From assembly GCF_963921235.1 (NCBI RefSeq), contig NC_086118.1, positions 18,168,001 through 18,232,000 of the forward strand: a stretch of 64,000 nt of DNA, in the 5' to 3' direction. The translations under genes were made by a program, and so were the position numbers. Source of the stretch: Mobula hypostoma (taxonomy: Eukaryota). Below the pieces are notes generated by a model. That model was not told the origin of the DNA, made no database searches, and saw only the letters and a program-made list of their open reading frames with translations. Shown piece by piece: positions 1 through 11,871 of the stretch (position 1 is its first letter; every line of letters starts with the position of its first letter).

Positions 1-1271
1 TAACTAGAAAGGCAATATGTGGAGAAAAAATGGGGTGTGAAGGTAAACTAGCCAAGAATATAAAGGAGGATAGTAAAAGCTTCTTTAGGTATGTGAAAAG
101 GAAAAAAATAGTTAAGACCAAAATTGGGCCCTTGAAGGCAGAAGCGGGTGAATTTGGAAACAAGGAAATGGCAGACGAGTTGAACAGGTACTTTGGATCT
201 GTCTTCACTAGGGAAGACACAAGCAATCTCCCAGATGTAATAGTGGTCAAAGGACCTAGGGTAATGGATGAACTGAAGGAAATTTATATTAGGCAGGAAA
301 TGGTGTTGGATAGGCTGTTGGTTCTGAAGGCTCATAAGTCCCTGGGACCTGATGGTCTGCATCCCAGGGTACTTAAGGAGGTGGCTTTAGAAATCGTGGA
401 CGCATTGGTAATCATTTTCCAATGTTCTATAGATCCAGGATCAGTTCCTGTGGATTGGGGGGTGGCTAATGTTGTCCCTCTCTTCAAGAAGGGAGGAAGA
501 GAGAAAACAGGGAATTATAGACCGGTTAGCCTGACGTCAGTGGTGGGAAAGATGCTGGAGTCAATTATAAAAGATGAAATTACGTCACATCTGGATAGTA
601 GTAACAGGACTGGTCCGAGTCAGCATGGATCTACAAAGGGGAAATCGTGCTTGACCAATCTTCTGGAATTTTTTGAGGATGTAACTATGAAAATGGACAA
701 GGGAGAGCCAGTGGATGTAGTGTACCTGGACTTTCAGAAAGCCTTTGATAAAGTCCCACATAGGAGATTGGTGGGCAAAATTAGGGCACATGGTATTGGG
801 GGCAGAGTACTGACATCGATTGAAAATTAGCTGGCTGACAGAAAACAAAGAATAGTGATTAACGGGTCCCTTTCGGAATGGCAGGTGGTGACCAGTGGGG
901 TACCGCAGGGTTCAGTGCTGGGACCACAGCTGTTTACAATATATATTAATGATTTAGATGAGGGAATTAAAAGTAACATTAGCAAATTTGCCGATGACAC
1001 AAAGCTGGGTGGCAGTGTGAAATGTGAGGAGGATGTTATGAGAATGCAGGGTGACTTGGACAGGCTGGGTGAGAGGGCGGATGCATGGCAGATGCAGTTT
1101 AATGTGGATAAATGTGAGGTTATCCACTTTGGTGGTAAGAATGGGAAGGCAGATTATTATCTAAATGGAGTCAAGTTAGGAAAAGGGGAAGCTCATGATA
1201 AAATGGCGGAGCAGACTCGATAGGCCGAATGGCCAACTTCTGCTCCTTTGTCTTATGGTCTTATGGTCTTA
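1..1271 (+). mobile_element. CR1-type LINE, ORF2 RT region plus 3' tail, with internal deletion near 1192
   Basis: ORFs 30-830 and 855-1223 carry CR1 RT motifs (PDGLHPRVLKE, NYRPVSLTS, YLDFQKAFDKVPH, SGVPQGSVLGP, KFADDTKL). In-frame TAG at 828. After LGKGEA the sequence jumps to the 3' UTR and ends in a (tcttatgg)n tail. Confidence 0.92.
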
Positions 1272-2676
1272 CAGACTAGAAAAAATTAAAAGGAAATTGC
1301 CAAAGGACGGACAGCTGTTGGGTTTGGTGCAGGAGGGCTTAAAACTGAAAAAAAAACAAATACTGGAGCGTATGGAGGCAACCGACAGGGAGTTCACGTA
1401 CAGTATGACCCGGCTGACGACGAACCTTGAAAAACTGACTAACTCTGTTGCAGAAGGATCTGCAATGATGAGGACTATGATGGCTCCCCCCACCCCCAGT
1501 ACTTTTAACCAGCCTCACAGCCACTACAATAGCTACACATACGGACACACAGACCCCCGGGTGGCCCCACCAACACCTTCCCCACTCCCACAGAGGGGTC
1601 ACCCTGGAAACATTTCCGACAGCCATAGTCTCTTCACCGATGAAAGGGACAACAGCTACAACTAAATGCAATAAGGCTTGTTACTGGGCAAAAGTGAAAT
1701 TTGCTGTTACCTCATTTGTTTGCCTTTACTTTTGCCATGTCTTTCTGTATTATTTTGCTGTATTTAACATGTGCAATAAAATGAGTTACTGGGCAAAAGT
1801 GGTTTTATTTTTACCTGAGTCAAAGTGAAACTTACAATTTTTGGCCTTAACATTTTCACGTCTATGCCTAACATAAGCTACTACTTAAAAATGACATTTT
1901 GGAAGTAGTGACAATTGCATCTGTTAAATGTTTGCACAAGCAATACATGGATAAAGCAACTTGTTAAATGTATAAAACATGTCTGCATCAGTGTTATCTT
2001 GTACTTCCATACAATGTTACACTAGGCTGTTACACATCTATTGTCAGAGAAGTACTTGCATAAATAGGTAAACCACCTTCATACAAGCAAGGACAGAAAA
2101 CAGGGCAAAGTGAGTATACTTATTTATTCAGTAAGTTATGGGTCAAAGTATTTGGTGAGTACATTTCTAACTCTTCTGGCTTCAGTCTTGTTGTCGTCTA
2201 TTCTGAAATTGAAATCCTGACGAAGGGTCTCGGCCTGAGACGTCGACTGCACCTCTTCCTAGAGATGCTGCCTGGCCTGCTGCGTTCACCAGCAACTTTT
2301 ATGTGTGTTGTCTGAAATTGTTAGGTTGTGTGGGGTAGGGTTGAAGTTAACGTAGACAATAAAGTAAACAACTCACGCATGAAGCTGTCCGCCATTGTTG
2401 TTGTGGTGTTGGAGGTTGCATTCAAGAAAACGATGAACTGCCACGCTGCTGCCACCATCTGTTCTGGCACGTCATGACAACGTTTTTAAAAAGCTCCGGT
2501 TACCCCGTACACACTACACCACCCAACCAGCGTTTTCAGATTTACGCACTCTGGAGAGCGTTTTAGAAAAGCTCTGTTTTCGGGGGAGAAAAATGCTGTT
2601 TAAGTGTGGACAGAGGGTCAAAATGAAGAGAAAAAGCTTTGGTTATGGATTTATCTCGTCTAGTGTGGACATAGCC
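1272..2676 (+). mobile_element. PIF/Harbinger-type DNA transposon remnant (accessory-ORF C-terminus plus right terminus)
   Basis: ORF fragment QLLGLVQEGLKLKK..MTRLTTNLEKLTNSVAEG resembles the Myb/SANT accessory protein C-terminus of fish Harbingers (recalled). Terminus TAGTGTGGACATAGCC ends at 2676 and matches the GGCTAYGTCCACACTA TIR type. Subterminal repeats at 2480-2590. Confidence 0.65.
2212..2310 (+). mobile_element. Penelope-like terminal-repeat (pLTR) fragment with hammerhead motif
   Basis: 10-bp TSD tctgaaattg (2202-2211 / 2311-2320). CTGACGA-AGGGTCTCGGCCT-GAGA-C-GTC-GACT at 2217-2248. Same family as 7529, 10267, 18154. Confidence 0.8.
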
Positions 2677-2829
2677 TCAGAATATACCTATTCTGCACAG
2701 CTATATACAAGGAATGCAAATAGTATGGGTAATGTAGAGACAGCAAGAGAAAACATCATTCCAGCTCAGTCATACCCTGGGTATTTTGGCTAATGCCATG
2801 GGAAATCATTGCAAATGGTTTATGAAATA

Positions 2830-3045
2830 AAAACATAAAATGCTAAAGATCTTAGCAGGTCAAGCAGCTTCTGCAGAAAGAAAAAGTTAATGTGTCACAT
2901 CTGGGACCCTCCTTTAGAGCTAATTATTGGTTCTTTTGAAGGGTCTGTGTCTGAGACTTAAACCCATTTTTCTGCATGGATGCTGCTCGACCTAATGAAC
3001 AGCTCCTGGGTTTCTTTTAGGGTTCCAGCATCTGTAGCATTTTGA
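2830..3045. repeat. Old palindromic element (two degenerate inverted Penelope pLTR halves)
   Basis: agcaggtcaagcagc near 2856 and gctgctcgacct near 2982 are inverted relatives of the pLTR consensus; gaagggtctgtgtctgagac resembles a decayed hammerhead region. Confidence 0.5.
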
Positions 3046-3133
3046 TTTTATGTTTAAATGCTTTATTAATATTGTTATGTTCCAAAGAGTATGTTGCATT
3101 TCTCTTTTCAAAAATGCTCTCTTTTCTCATCAG

Positions 3134-3304
3134 TATATCGACGACATGCTTCCACCTGAGTCCCCCTACCTATATGGTCTCCATCCCAATGCAGAGATTG
3201 GGTTCCTCACGTTAACATCAGAAAAGCTCTTCCGGACAGTGCTGGAAATGCAGCCCAGGGACAGCAGTGGTGGAGAGGGCGGAAGTATTACACGAGAAGA
3301 AAAG
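3134..3304 (+). CDS. DNAH9: Dynein axonemal heavy chain, 4th-from-last coding exon (57 codons, [23 protein letters not shown]...REEK)
   Basis: Polypyrimidine tract + cag acceptor ending at 3133; donor aag|gtaaat at 3305; GLHPNAEI dynein C-terminal motif; phase 0-0. Confidence 0.93.
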
Positions 3305-4699
3305 GTAAATTACTTGTTTGAAAAGCAAATTTGCTGTTTCCAAAGGCATATGATGATTGTTGTTTCCATAGTTCAGATGCAAAAGCACAATTTGGTATTT
3401 TTTTCAACCCTGGTTTTTTTAATGTAAAGGATAATACTGGAAGTTATGTTGTGTTATTTACTGATAAGCTAGTTTTCCAGTGCCTGAAGACAGAGATCAG
3501 GTCAATGTTATTAACTACTATTATGCTGATGAACAGAACCTCAGGAAGGAAACATAAAGTAGGAGATTAGCTCAGGGCTCAAATATTCTGCTCCACCAGT
3601 TCTCTTGGTGCCTCAGTCCCTCACCCACACCCAAGATCATTCTACTTTTGCATTGTTTGTTCTTATACGTATTCAGTCTTCAATAAGCTTTATTTAATAT
3701 TACCTTTGGGAAGACTGGCTGGATTATGTAGCACCAGAACTTTAATTCCTTCCTCTGTTAACTCCAGCTTATTGATTCAGATCACCCGTTGAGCCTCCAC
3801 CTTCCGTAGATTCCAGCTCCTGCAGAACTCTGCTGGCAGATCCTATATCACATTGATACCTCCTTGTCTACTTTGCTACTCAGTTTCCCAATACATTTAA
3901 AATTCTCATCTTTGTGCTCATATCCACCCATGGTATCAGAGTACCCTATCTTTCTTATTTCATTTCGCCCTACCATCTTGTTACTTCCCCATTTCTTTGA
4001 CTGGTTTCTTGTGTAATCATCCAATCAATTTTACATATGCTAGAACGCCTTCAAATCAGTGAATTCCGGTTAATTGGGCCATCATATAATCGGGGCAGTT
4101 GCCAATGTCTGGAATGGTGAGTGGGATTGCCTTGAGAGAAAATGCTGGCCATGCTAGGTGTGTAAGAAGGACTTTATTTAAAATAAACAAACGTTGGAGA
4201 TGTCTTGATAGAACAGATGTGCAGAAGATATCTCCTCTTGTGAGAGATTCTCAGACTAGGGATTACTGTTTGATAGATGTGACTACGGTATCACTGGCTC
4301 CTAGGATGCCAGGCAAATGTCCTCTTCTGGCAAACTCCTTTAGATTCATTGCCACAATCAGTGTAATTGGTCAAGTATAATGCAGAACAGATATAGTATG
4401 TAGTTTCCTCTGCTATGCCCCAGTGGTGCTGTAATTAAGGGAGAACACTGAGAGTAAACAATGTAGTTCAATTATAGCAATGTAATTACAGTAAAGGATT
4501 GCCAATATAATTAGTGTGGCTGAGGAGAGGAGTAAGAGTGAGACCAATAATGAGTCTGTGACGTAAAGCTTGAAAATTCTCCCAAACTAGATCATGTTGA
4601 TAATCATTTCAAAAACTGAATAGCTCACTGTGTGACAAATCAGTAAGATAATGTAATTTGAGGTTCAGATAGAACATGCATGATAGTTAAGGCCTGAAG

Positions 4700-5490
4700 C
4701 TAAATAAAGATTCAAGATTGTTTAATGTCATGCTCCAATACACAAGTGTAAAGGAGGACAAAATATTTGTTACTCCAGATCTGATGCAGCACAAAAAAAA
4801 CACAATAAGATAATAAAACACAATAATAAAACATACAAAATAAATACATTGGATAGCTTATATACATGGATTGATTCTACGTCCACGAAGTGACAAGGGT
4901 GTTTGTACATAAGATGACTCTGAGAGGAAATGTTAAAGTAGTGCCGGTGGGTGTGTGGATGGGTGGGTTAGTCAGTGGAGCTGTTGATCAGCTTTACTGC
5001 TTGGGGAAAATAATCGTTTTTGTGTTTGGTGGTATTGGGGTCTTGGTATGGATGCTATGTAGCCACATCCCTGATGGGAGTGGGACAACAGTCCATGAGC
5101 AGGCTGGGTGGGAGTCTTCCTGATGTTACTGGCCCTTTTTGAGCACGTTTCTGAATACATGTCCTTGGTGGCAGGTAGGCTGGTGTCGATGATATGTTGG
5201 GCAGTTTTGTCTGTCCACTATTGAGCTTTTTTGTCCGCTGCAGTGCAGTTTCCATGTAGTGTTGCAGCTTGTTAGGATACCTTCTACTGTGCATCTAGAA
5301 GAATGTGAGTATAGATATGCATAGTACAACTCTCTTCAAAAGGTAAAGACTTTGCTGAGGTTTCCTGGTTTTGTAGGATGTCTTCTAGGACCATGACAGG
5401 TTGTGCAAGTTGTGCACTCCCTGGAGTTTGAAACTGCTCGCAATTTTCACTGCTGTGCCACTGATGTAAAGAGGGGTGTGAGTGGTGTGA
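4700..5490 (-). mobile_element. Degenerate Rex1/Babar-like LINE 3' fragment
   Basis: Minus-strand fragments (RCTVEGILTSCNTTW; similarity to 31600-32430) and a tail-like gattcaagattg near 4710. Confidence 0.6.
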
Positions 5491-6342
5491 GCTCTCCCAT
5501 TGTTGCAACTTTCTGTGTGAAAATTGGCTGTCAATTTTCAGATAACAGCAATGATTATCTTCTAAGGTGAACTCAGAAAGTTGCAACAATAGCCATGAGA
5601 TTTGACCCAGGTACTCAGCTTCAGCAATGCTGAATTATTACAGTAAAACTTAATGTCATAAATCCTTTCAATAAATTAACATAGTAACATCCTCTGATGA
5701 CAACAAGACAAAGGAGATGGTTACTGCCTAAATGAAAATTGACAGCTAATTTTCACACAGAAAGTTGCAACAATGGGAGAGCTCACACTACTCACACTCC
5801 TCTTTACATCAGTGGCTGTTATGTACCCCCAGGGTTCATATTTTCTGTGGACTGTCACTTTAAAATGTCAGGAGAATGAAGCTGACTTTTGGACACTTTG
5901 AGGAGAGAGAGAGAAAGAGGGAGAGTTATTTGATGGACAATCGATGTTATGGTTTCTCTGCAGCTTGTTTTGAATATACAAGGACACTCAGACACACACA
6001 GTTAGAGTCAAGATGGATTCGGTCAATGGAAGACACCAGTGAGTCGGTCGCTGATTTAAACCTTCAGTAGCCCAAAGGGGGTGAGTTGAGAAGAGAGTCC
6101 CCTTTGTGATAAGCTACTGTTGGTGATAATCCATACGTGGATTCTGTTGAAATATCCTGTGGCCACCACTTTGAGATGTCCCGTAGCTGAATTCGGGTGT
6201 GGTACTACATGTGTTGAAAGAATATTCATTGGAGATCACTGTCGGTGATATTTCATGTGGGGAGTGGAACAACTTCGGAGATAAAACCTACTACTGTTAT
6301 GTCTGCTGGTTCTTTAACCCTTTACGGGGTACGTAACAAAAT

Positions 6343-6360
6343 TGGGGGCTCATCCGGGAT
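6343..6360 (+). promoter_or_regulatory. Primer-binding site complementary to tRNA-Pro 3' end
   Basis: TGGGGGCTCATCCGGGAT, one mismatch from the canonical PBS-Pro TGGGGGCTCGTCCGGGAT, 4 nt after the LTR end. Confidence 0.9.
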
Positions 6361-6431
6361 ATGAACAAATTGTTTGGAGCCATTTAAAAATTGTCTGGGG
6401 GCTTAATTGAGTTGATTGGGGAAAATCCCTT

Positions 6432-7262
6432 TTGAGTTGCCTGTGTGGAAAAACAGCAGAAATGAATGTTATGAAATTTCTGGCCTCGCCAGACCCTGTG
6501 GCTTTGAAGAAAGCTAGAAAGGATGAGTTGCAGGAAATTCCTGTGGAACCGAAACTTACTGAGGTAAAGAAGGGTATGACAAAGGCAGAAATTCAAAGGA
6601 AAATAGTTGAACACTATATCTCTGTGAAGCAATTTGATGAGGTGTTAATGGGGTTTCCTGCAGGTAAAGAGGAGATCCAGTTATAACTGGAACAAATGAA
6701 GTTAGATAGACTTAAAGTAGAGATGGAGGGTGAGGATAGGCAAAGACAGCATGAGGTGCAATTAAAATGGTTCGAGGCTGAAGAGGCAGATAAACAGAGA
6801 GAGTTTGAGAGGGAGAAATTTATGTACTTCATTCGTGGGTGTATCTGGGAAGGAGTAACTGAGGATCTTAACAACTTGAAGGAGTTGGTGTTGATTGAAG
6901 AATTTAAGAAGTGTGTTCCAGATGATGTAAAGGCATACCCAGATGAAAAGGATGCCGCTACCTTGCGGGAGTCAGCTAGACTAGCAGACGAGGTTGTTTT
7001 AACCCACAAGGTTGAGTTTATTCTGGATGAGAGTTTCCCAGAGAGTAGCTGGGAGGATCAGGGTAACCTGGAATTTGAAACTGGGACTAGTGATGAAGGC
7101 CTAGAAGAGGCAGCTGTCCCGATTGCCTGTGTTCAGGTTGTTGAAGCACCTGTGAATTCACAGGGTACTGAACCTTGTGTTGAAACTCAGTTAAGGTCTG
7201 AGTGTCTGACTTGGTTGAAAAGGAATGCAGTCCTGTTGTGTCAGATGGACTTGATTCGGTGA
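6432..7262 (+). pseudogene. Gypsy gag pseudo-ORF with SCAN/capsid-C-like segment
   Basis: LKELVLIEEFKKCVPDDVKAYPDEKDAATLRESARLADEVVLTHK resembles the SCAN-related gag of Gmr1-like fish Gypsy elements; in-frame TAA at 6684. Confidence 0.75.
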
Positions 7263-7528
7263 ATAAGGGGTTAACCTTGGTACCAGTGGAAATTGAGGAT
7301 TCTCAGTCACTTGTGTTAGTTGGTAATGAGATGAAAATTGATGTGGTAAACATTATTGAAGATATTGAAAGGGTGCTGTTTCTGGACTTTTGAATAGGGT
7401 GATATAGAAGTTTGGATCAGTTTCACGTCCTTTGACCCAGCTTTCAGGACAATCGCCTGTTGAAGTATGTGCCAGTTTGTTATAATTTTTTTTCTGACAT
7501 TTGAATGTAAACACCCTCAAGGTTATAT

Positions 7529-7616
7529 ACATCAAGGTTGCTGGTGAACGCAGCAGGCCAAGCAGCATCTATAGGAAGAGGCGCAGTCGACGTTTCAGGC
7601 CGAGACCCTTCGTCAG
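7529..7616 (-). ncRNA. Penelope pLTR fragment with intact minimal hammerhead core (antisense to dnah9)
   Basis: Minus strand reads CTGACGA-AGGGTCTCGGCCT-GAAA-C-GTC-GACT (7616-7585). The 5' strand of stem I (AGTC) is absent. Confidence 0.7.
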
Positions 7617-9974
7617 CTTGTAGAGTTGTTTTTCATGATTATGATGTGCAGCCAGTTCATGTTGATTTGTTTAACTATATTTTGTAATTTAAAAGATAAA
7701 CAACTTGGTGATGTTGTTCAAGTTTGTGATTTGGAGAGATAAAACTCGAAGTGTTGTTTTGAGTTGGAGAGGCCATCTGCAGGTGTTTTTATGGAAACAT
7801 ATAGAACTAAAAATCTTGGAGGAAAAATTAATGACTTGTTTGGAACAAAGAACTTGTTTGGAAGTTCAGCGAATGGGCTTATTTTAGAAAACATGAGTGA
7901 TGAGTTGGCACCTGTGCAGGGTAAAGCTCGGGGAGTCTGTGAAGGATCTGTTCAAGCTGGTCACGTGATGGCTAAGTGTTCTGTGTTCAAAGTGAAAAAG
8001 AGAAAATGGGTGATCAAACGCTATTTTTAATACAACAGGATCTGGTTTTGCAGGAGTTTGATTTTCTAACAAAGCATGTGAAAGATAAAGACAATATCAT
8101 GGTAAATTGATTGTCTGGATGTTAAGTTTAAAAGTGAAATAGAAACTAGTATTTGTATACGCTTCTGTAATGTGCTACATGATAATCACATATGTATTAT
8201 AAGTGAAGGGGTCTGGGGAGAAGGCAAGAAAAGGGTACGAGGTGGTGCTGGCTCGAAGGGCTGAATGGCCTACTCCTGCACCTATTGTCTATTGTATTGC
8301 TTTATATTCTGTAATGTACAGTTAAAAAATTTTGATCTTTGATCAAAATTTTGCTTTCTTGGGGGAAGGTGTTAATGTAACCCTAGGGTTCATATTTTCT
8401 GTGGTCTGTCACTTTAAAATGTCGGGAGAATGAGACTGACTTTTGGACACTGTCTGAGCTGCTCCAGAGAGAGAGAGAGAGAGAAGTGGAGTTATTTGAT
8501 GGATAATCGATGTTATGGTTTCTCTGCAGCTTGTTTTGTATAAACGAGGACACACAGACACACACAGTTAGAGTCAAGATAGATTCGGTCAATGGAAGGC
8601 ACCAGTGTGTCGCCCAAAAGGGGTGAGTTGAGATCGATCCTGAGTATTGACAAATGACTCTCACAAGTTTTCTGCAAGTAGAACAAGTTTGCAGGAAGAG
8701 AAAAGAGGAGAGATAGGTTTGAAACAGAAGAAACCTAGTGACAAAGAGATCACTGTTTGGACTCTCTCTCTCCAAGTAGCCCGTGAGGGTGAGTTTGTTT
8801 CCATTCGACTACGGAAGTGTGATTGTCACTTAGTTAGTCCACAGGAGTGGGTTCTCCGGTGAGGGGAAAACCTTTGTGAATACCACATGTGTATTTACCC
8901 TTTGTCTGGGTGTGGTAGTTCACTCAAGAAAGGCACCCCTGTGGCAAATCACTGTTGGAGTTATTTCGTATGTCGTGGAACTGGATAAGTGGCTATCACG
9001 TTGTCTGTTTGGGGTAACCTTGTGGAATCTACTGGTGTGTCGACTCTTCCCTGGGTGGTGGCTCCCTTGAAGAGGGTCCCCTTTGTGATGAGCTACTGCT
9101 GGTGATAATCCATATGTGGATTCTGTTTGAGTATTATGTGGCCACCACTTTGAGATGTCCCGTAGCTGAATTTGGGTGTGGTACCACTTGTGTTGAAAGG
9201 ATATTCATTGGAGATCACTGTCGGTGATACTTCGTGTGTGGAGTGGAACAACTTCGGAGATAAAACCTACTACTGTTATTTTGTATTGCTGTCGTGGAAT
9301 CTATGGAATAGCGACGTAACTGCCTTCTCACAACATTCGCCTTTGGATTACAAACATCTCGCATTAATTAACCTGTGCGCCTGAACTGAACATTTCTTAC
9401 CTACCATCGTATGACCATATCAATTACCACCTAAGTTTGAAGAAGTCTGGGTTTTGTATTTACATGTATATATACACATAAATTCTGCTAACCTGTTTGA
9501 TTTATTGATTTATCTGGTTTTATATTACTGTATTGTGTAGTTACTAATAAAATAGAATTAGTTAACAGCAAAACCAGACTCTAGGTGTGGTCCATTTCTG
9601 CCAGTTCTTTAACCCGTTACGGGGTATGTAACAGTGACACAGCAGTAAAAACTTCAAGCAATTTCAAACTCTAGGGAGTACACATCTTGCACAACCTGTC
9701 ATGGTCCCAGAAGACATCCTACACAACCAGGAAACCTCAGCATAGTCTTTACCTTTTGAAGAGAGTTGTACTATGCACATCTATACTCACATCCTTCCAG
9801 ATGCACAGTAAAGAGACTGGATTCCAACTTAGGTCCTAATGCTTGACTCCTACCCACTGGTTTGTTAATTGACTGGAGAAAATCTGTGTGTGTGTGTGTT
9901 TGTTTGTTTGACCATGATCCATATGAATGATCCACATGGAAAATAGAAGAAAGGTTAGATGTGGCACAGAGGTG

Positions 9975-10195
9975 TGGTGGTAAGCGTAACATTAATACAA
10001 TGCTAGAGACCCGGGTTCAATTCTGCCGCTGCCTGTAAGGAGCCTGTATATTCTCCCCATGACCCTGTGGATTTCCTATCAGTGATCTAGTTTCCACATT
10101 CCAAAGACACACGGGTTAGTCAAATGGTTATGATGGGCAATATGGGTTCTTGAGCCAGAAGGACCTGCTACAGTGCTGTATCTCTAAATAAATGA
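9975..10195 (+). mobile_element. tRNA-derived SINE
   Basis: B-box-like GGTTCAATTCT at about 10014, SINE-like body and ctgtatctctaaataaa tail. Related minus-strand copies at about 10490-10670, 42480-42790, 46450-46700. Confidence 0.6.
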
Positions 10196-10266
10196 ATGCG
10201 ACTTTGTCCTGTGACACCACCAGGGCCTGGTTCACACAACAACCAAAGCAACACATCTTCTCCCAC

Positions 10267-10424
10267 GAGGAATTCCACTTCAAATCTTCAAAACCACTTC
10301 AAATCTCTTACTAGCTCTTCTTGCAGTTAGTCCTTCGAAGGATCTCGGCCCGAAACATCGACTGTACCTCTTCCTAGAGATGCTGCCTGGCCTGCTGCGT
10401 TCACCAGCAACTTTGATGTGTGTT
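10267..10424 (+). mobile_element. Penelope pLTR fragment with decayed hammerhead motif
   Basis: 14-bp TSD acatcttctcccac (10253-10266 / 10425-10438). AGTC-CTTCGA-AGGATCTCGGCCC-GAAA-C-ATC-GACT at 10329-10363. Confidence 0.8.
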
Positions 10425-11688
10425 ACATCTTCTCCCACAATCAGTCTCACTAATGAACTAGTGAACCAGACTGACGGTATTCTTGTTTTTACTTATTGAG
10501 ATTCAGCATGAAATAGGCCCTTCTGGCCCTTCGAGCTGCACCGCCCAGCAATCTCGCCCCCCCCCACCCCCGATTTAATCCTAACCTAGTCATGGGACAA
10601 CTTACAATGCCCAAATAACCCACCAACTGGTATGGCTTTGGATCAGGGGTGGAAATGCATGCGGTTACAGTAAGAATATACAAATTCCTCACAGGCAGTC
10701 GATGTCTAATAGGATCTTTCAATTGCAATAAATGTCTCCAAGCCAATCATTTGTCATTTGTACTACTTGCTAGACCATGCACCACCTCTGCACGACAATA
10801 GTGCACAACAAGTCCAGCTCCATCACTGATGAGGTAGACCTACAGTACTTCATATCTTTTAATATCCAGCAGTGCCTGATAATCATAAAAAAGGCATAAA
10901 AGGCGGACAATTACAGCTTTGGTTGGATCTGGAAAGGCCACTGCAACGGTATGCACCGCCATCTTACCATTCAGATAATAATCTGTCATTTTGCTTTAAG
11001 AACCAGAGTGAATAACCTCACATTTATCCATGCTCAGCAGCTTCACACATGATTTTGTCCACTCACCCAACTTGTCTAAATACCAGACCCTCTTTGCATC
11101 CTTCTCACTGCACACCCTACCCCCTTGTTATTTTTTTGTCATCTACAAGCTTGGAAATGTTAGCTTAATTCTTTCATTCAAGTCATTAAGTAGCTGGGAC
11201 CCAAACACTAGCCCTTACTACTCATTGCTGCTAAGACCCACACTCAATGATTCTGAATCAATTTCTTCCCTTCTGCCGATAAATTTCTGAATGGTCGATG
11301 AATCCTGATTTATTATTGCATTGTTTGTACTATTTATGTACTTTTTTGTCATTTGTAGCAATGTTATGTCTTTGTACTGTAATGCTGCCACAAAACAACA
11401 AAATCCAGAAAAATGCATGCATTTTGGTACTGTCAAGAGTAAGTTTGGACAGAAGGCAAGGTCCTGGACAGTCTAGCCCACTTACTCATACATCACAGCT
11501 GCTTTGAAAATACGCAATTATCCTCTGTCAAGGGTCAGCATTAGAGGACGAGGAGATAGTGATTCACCATTGAAGCAGTAAATCCCAGTAGCGTCAGCAA
11601 AGCCAAACTCCTACCAATAATTCAGTCAACCAAGGCTTAATCTTGTGGAGTTTTTCACAGCTCTCACATCCAACCTCTGCCATTGCAG

Positions 11689-11871
11689 GTAAAGGCCACT
11701 TTGGATGAGATCATGGAAAAGTTACCAGATGAGTTTAATGTCCCAGAACTGATGAGTAAAGCAGAGGAGCGGACACCTTACATCCTGGTGGCTTTTCAGG
11801 AGTGCGAGCGAATGAACATTCTTACTTCAGAGATGAAACGCTCACTGAAGGAGCTGGACTTGGGACAGAAG
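11689..11871 (+). CDS. DNAH9: Dynein heavy chain exon (61 codons, VKATLDEIMEKLPDEF...ELDLGQK)
   Basis: ttgcag| acceptor, aag|gtatgt donor; VAFQECERMNIL motif; joins in frame to both neighbours. Confidence 0.93.

Larger units (their letters stand above)
5817..9633 (+). mobile_element. Non-autonomous Gypsy-type LTR retrotransposon with SCAN-like gag, no pol
   Basis: 5' LTR 5817-6338 and 3' LTR 8370-9633, both TG..CA with terminal inverted repeat tgttaygtacccc/ggggtaygtaaca. TSD gtggc/gtgac. PBS 6343-6360; PPT gggggaagg 8361-8369; broken gag 6432-7262. Confidence 0.9.
5285..9810. repeat. Inverted duplication (fold-back): left arm 5285-5540, right arm 5733-5816 + 9639-9810
   Basis: Direct reverse-complement match, e.g. 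tactgtgcat (5285) vs atgcacagta (9801), and the 5500-5540 block vs tgaaaattgacagc...aaagttgcaaca (5733-5772). Spacer 192 bp. Right arm interrupted by the LTR element. Confidence 0.9.

Noticed and set aside
3128..3133. catcag encodes HQ, matching conserved YHQ-YID, suggesting a longer exon
   Set aside because: Upstream sequence is a polypyrimidine tract with no nearby AG and no dynein similarity, so cag is the acceptor.
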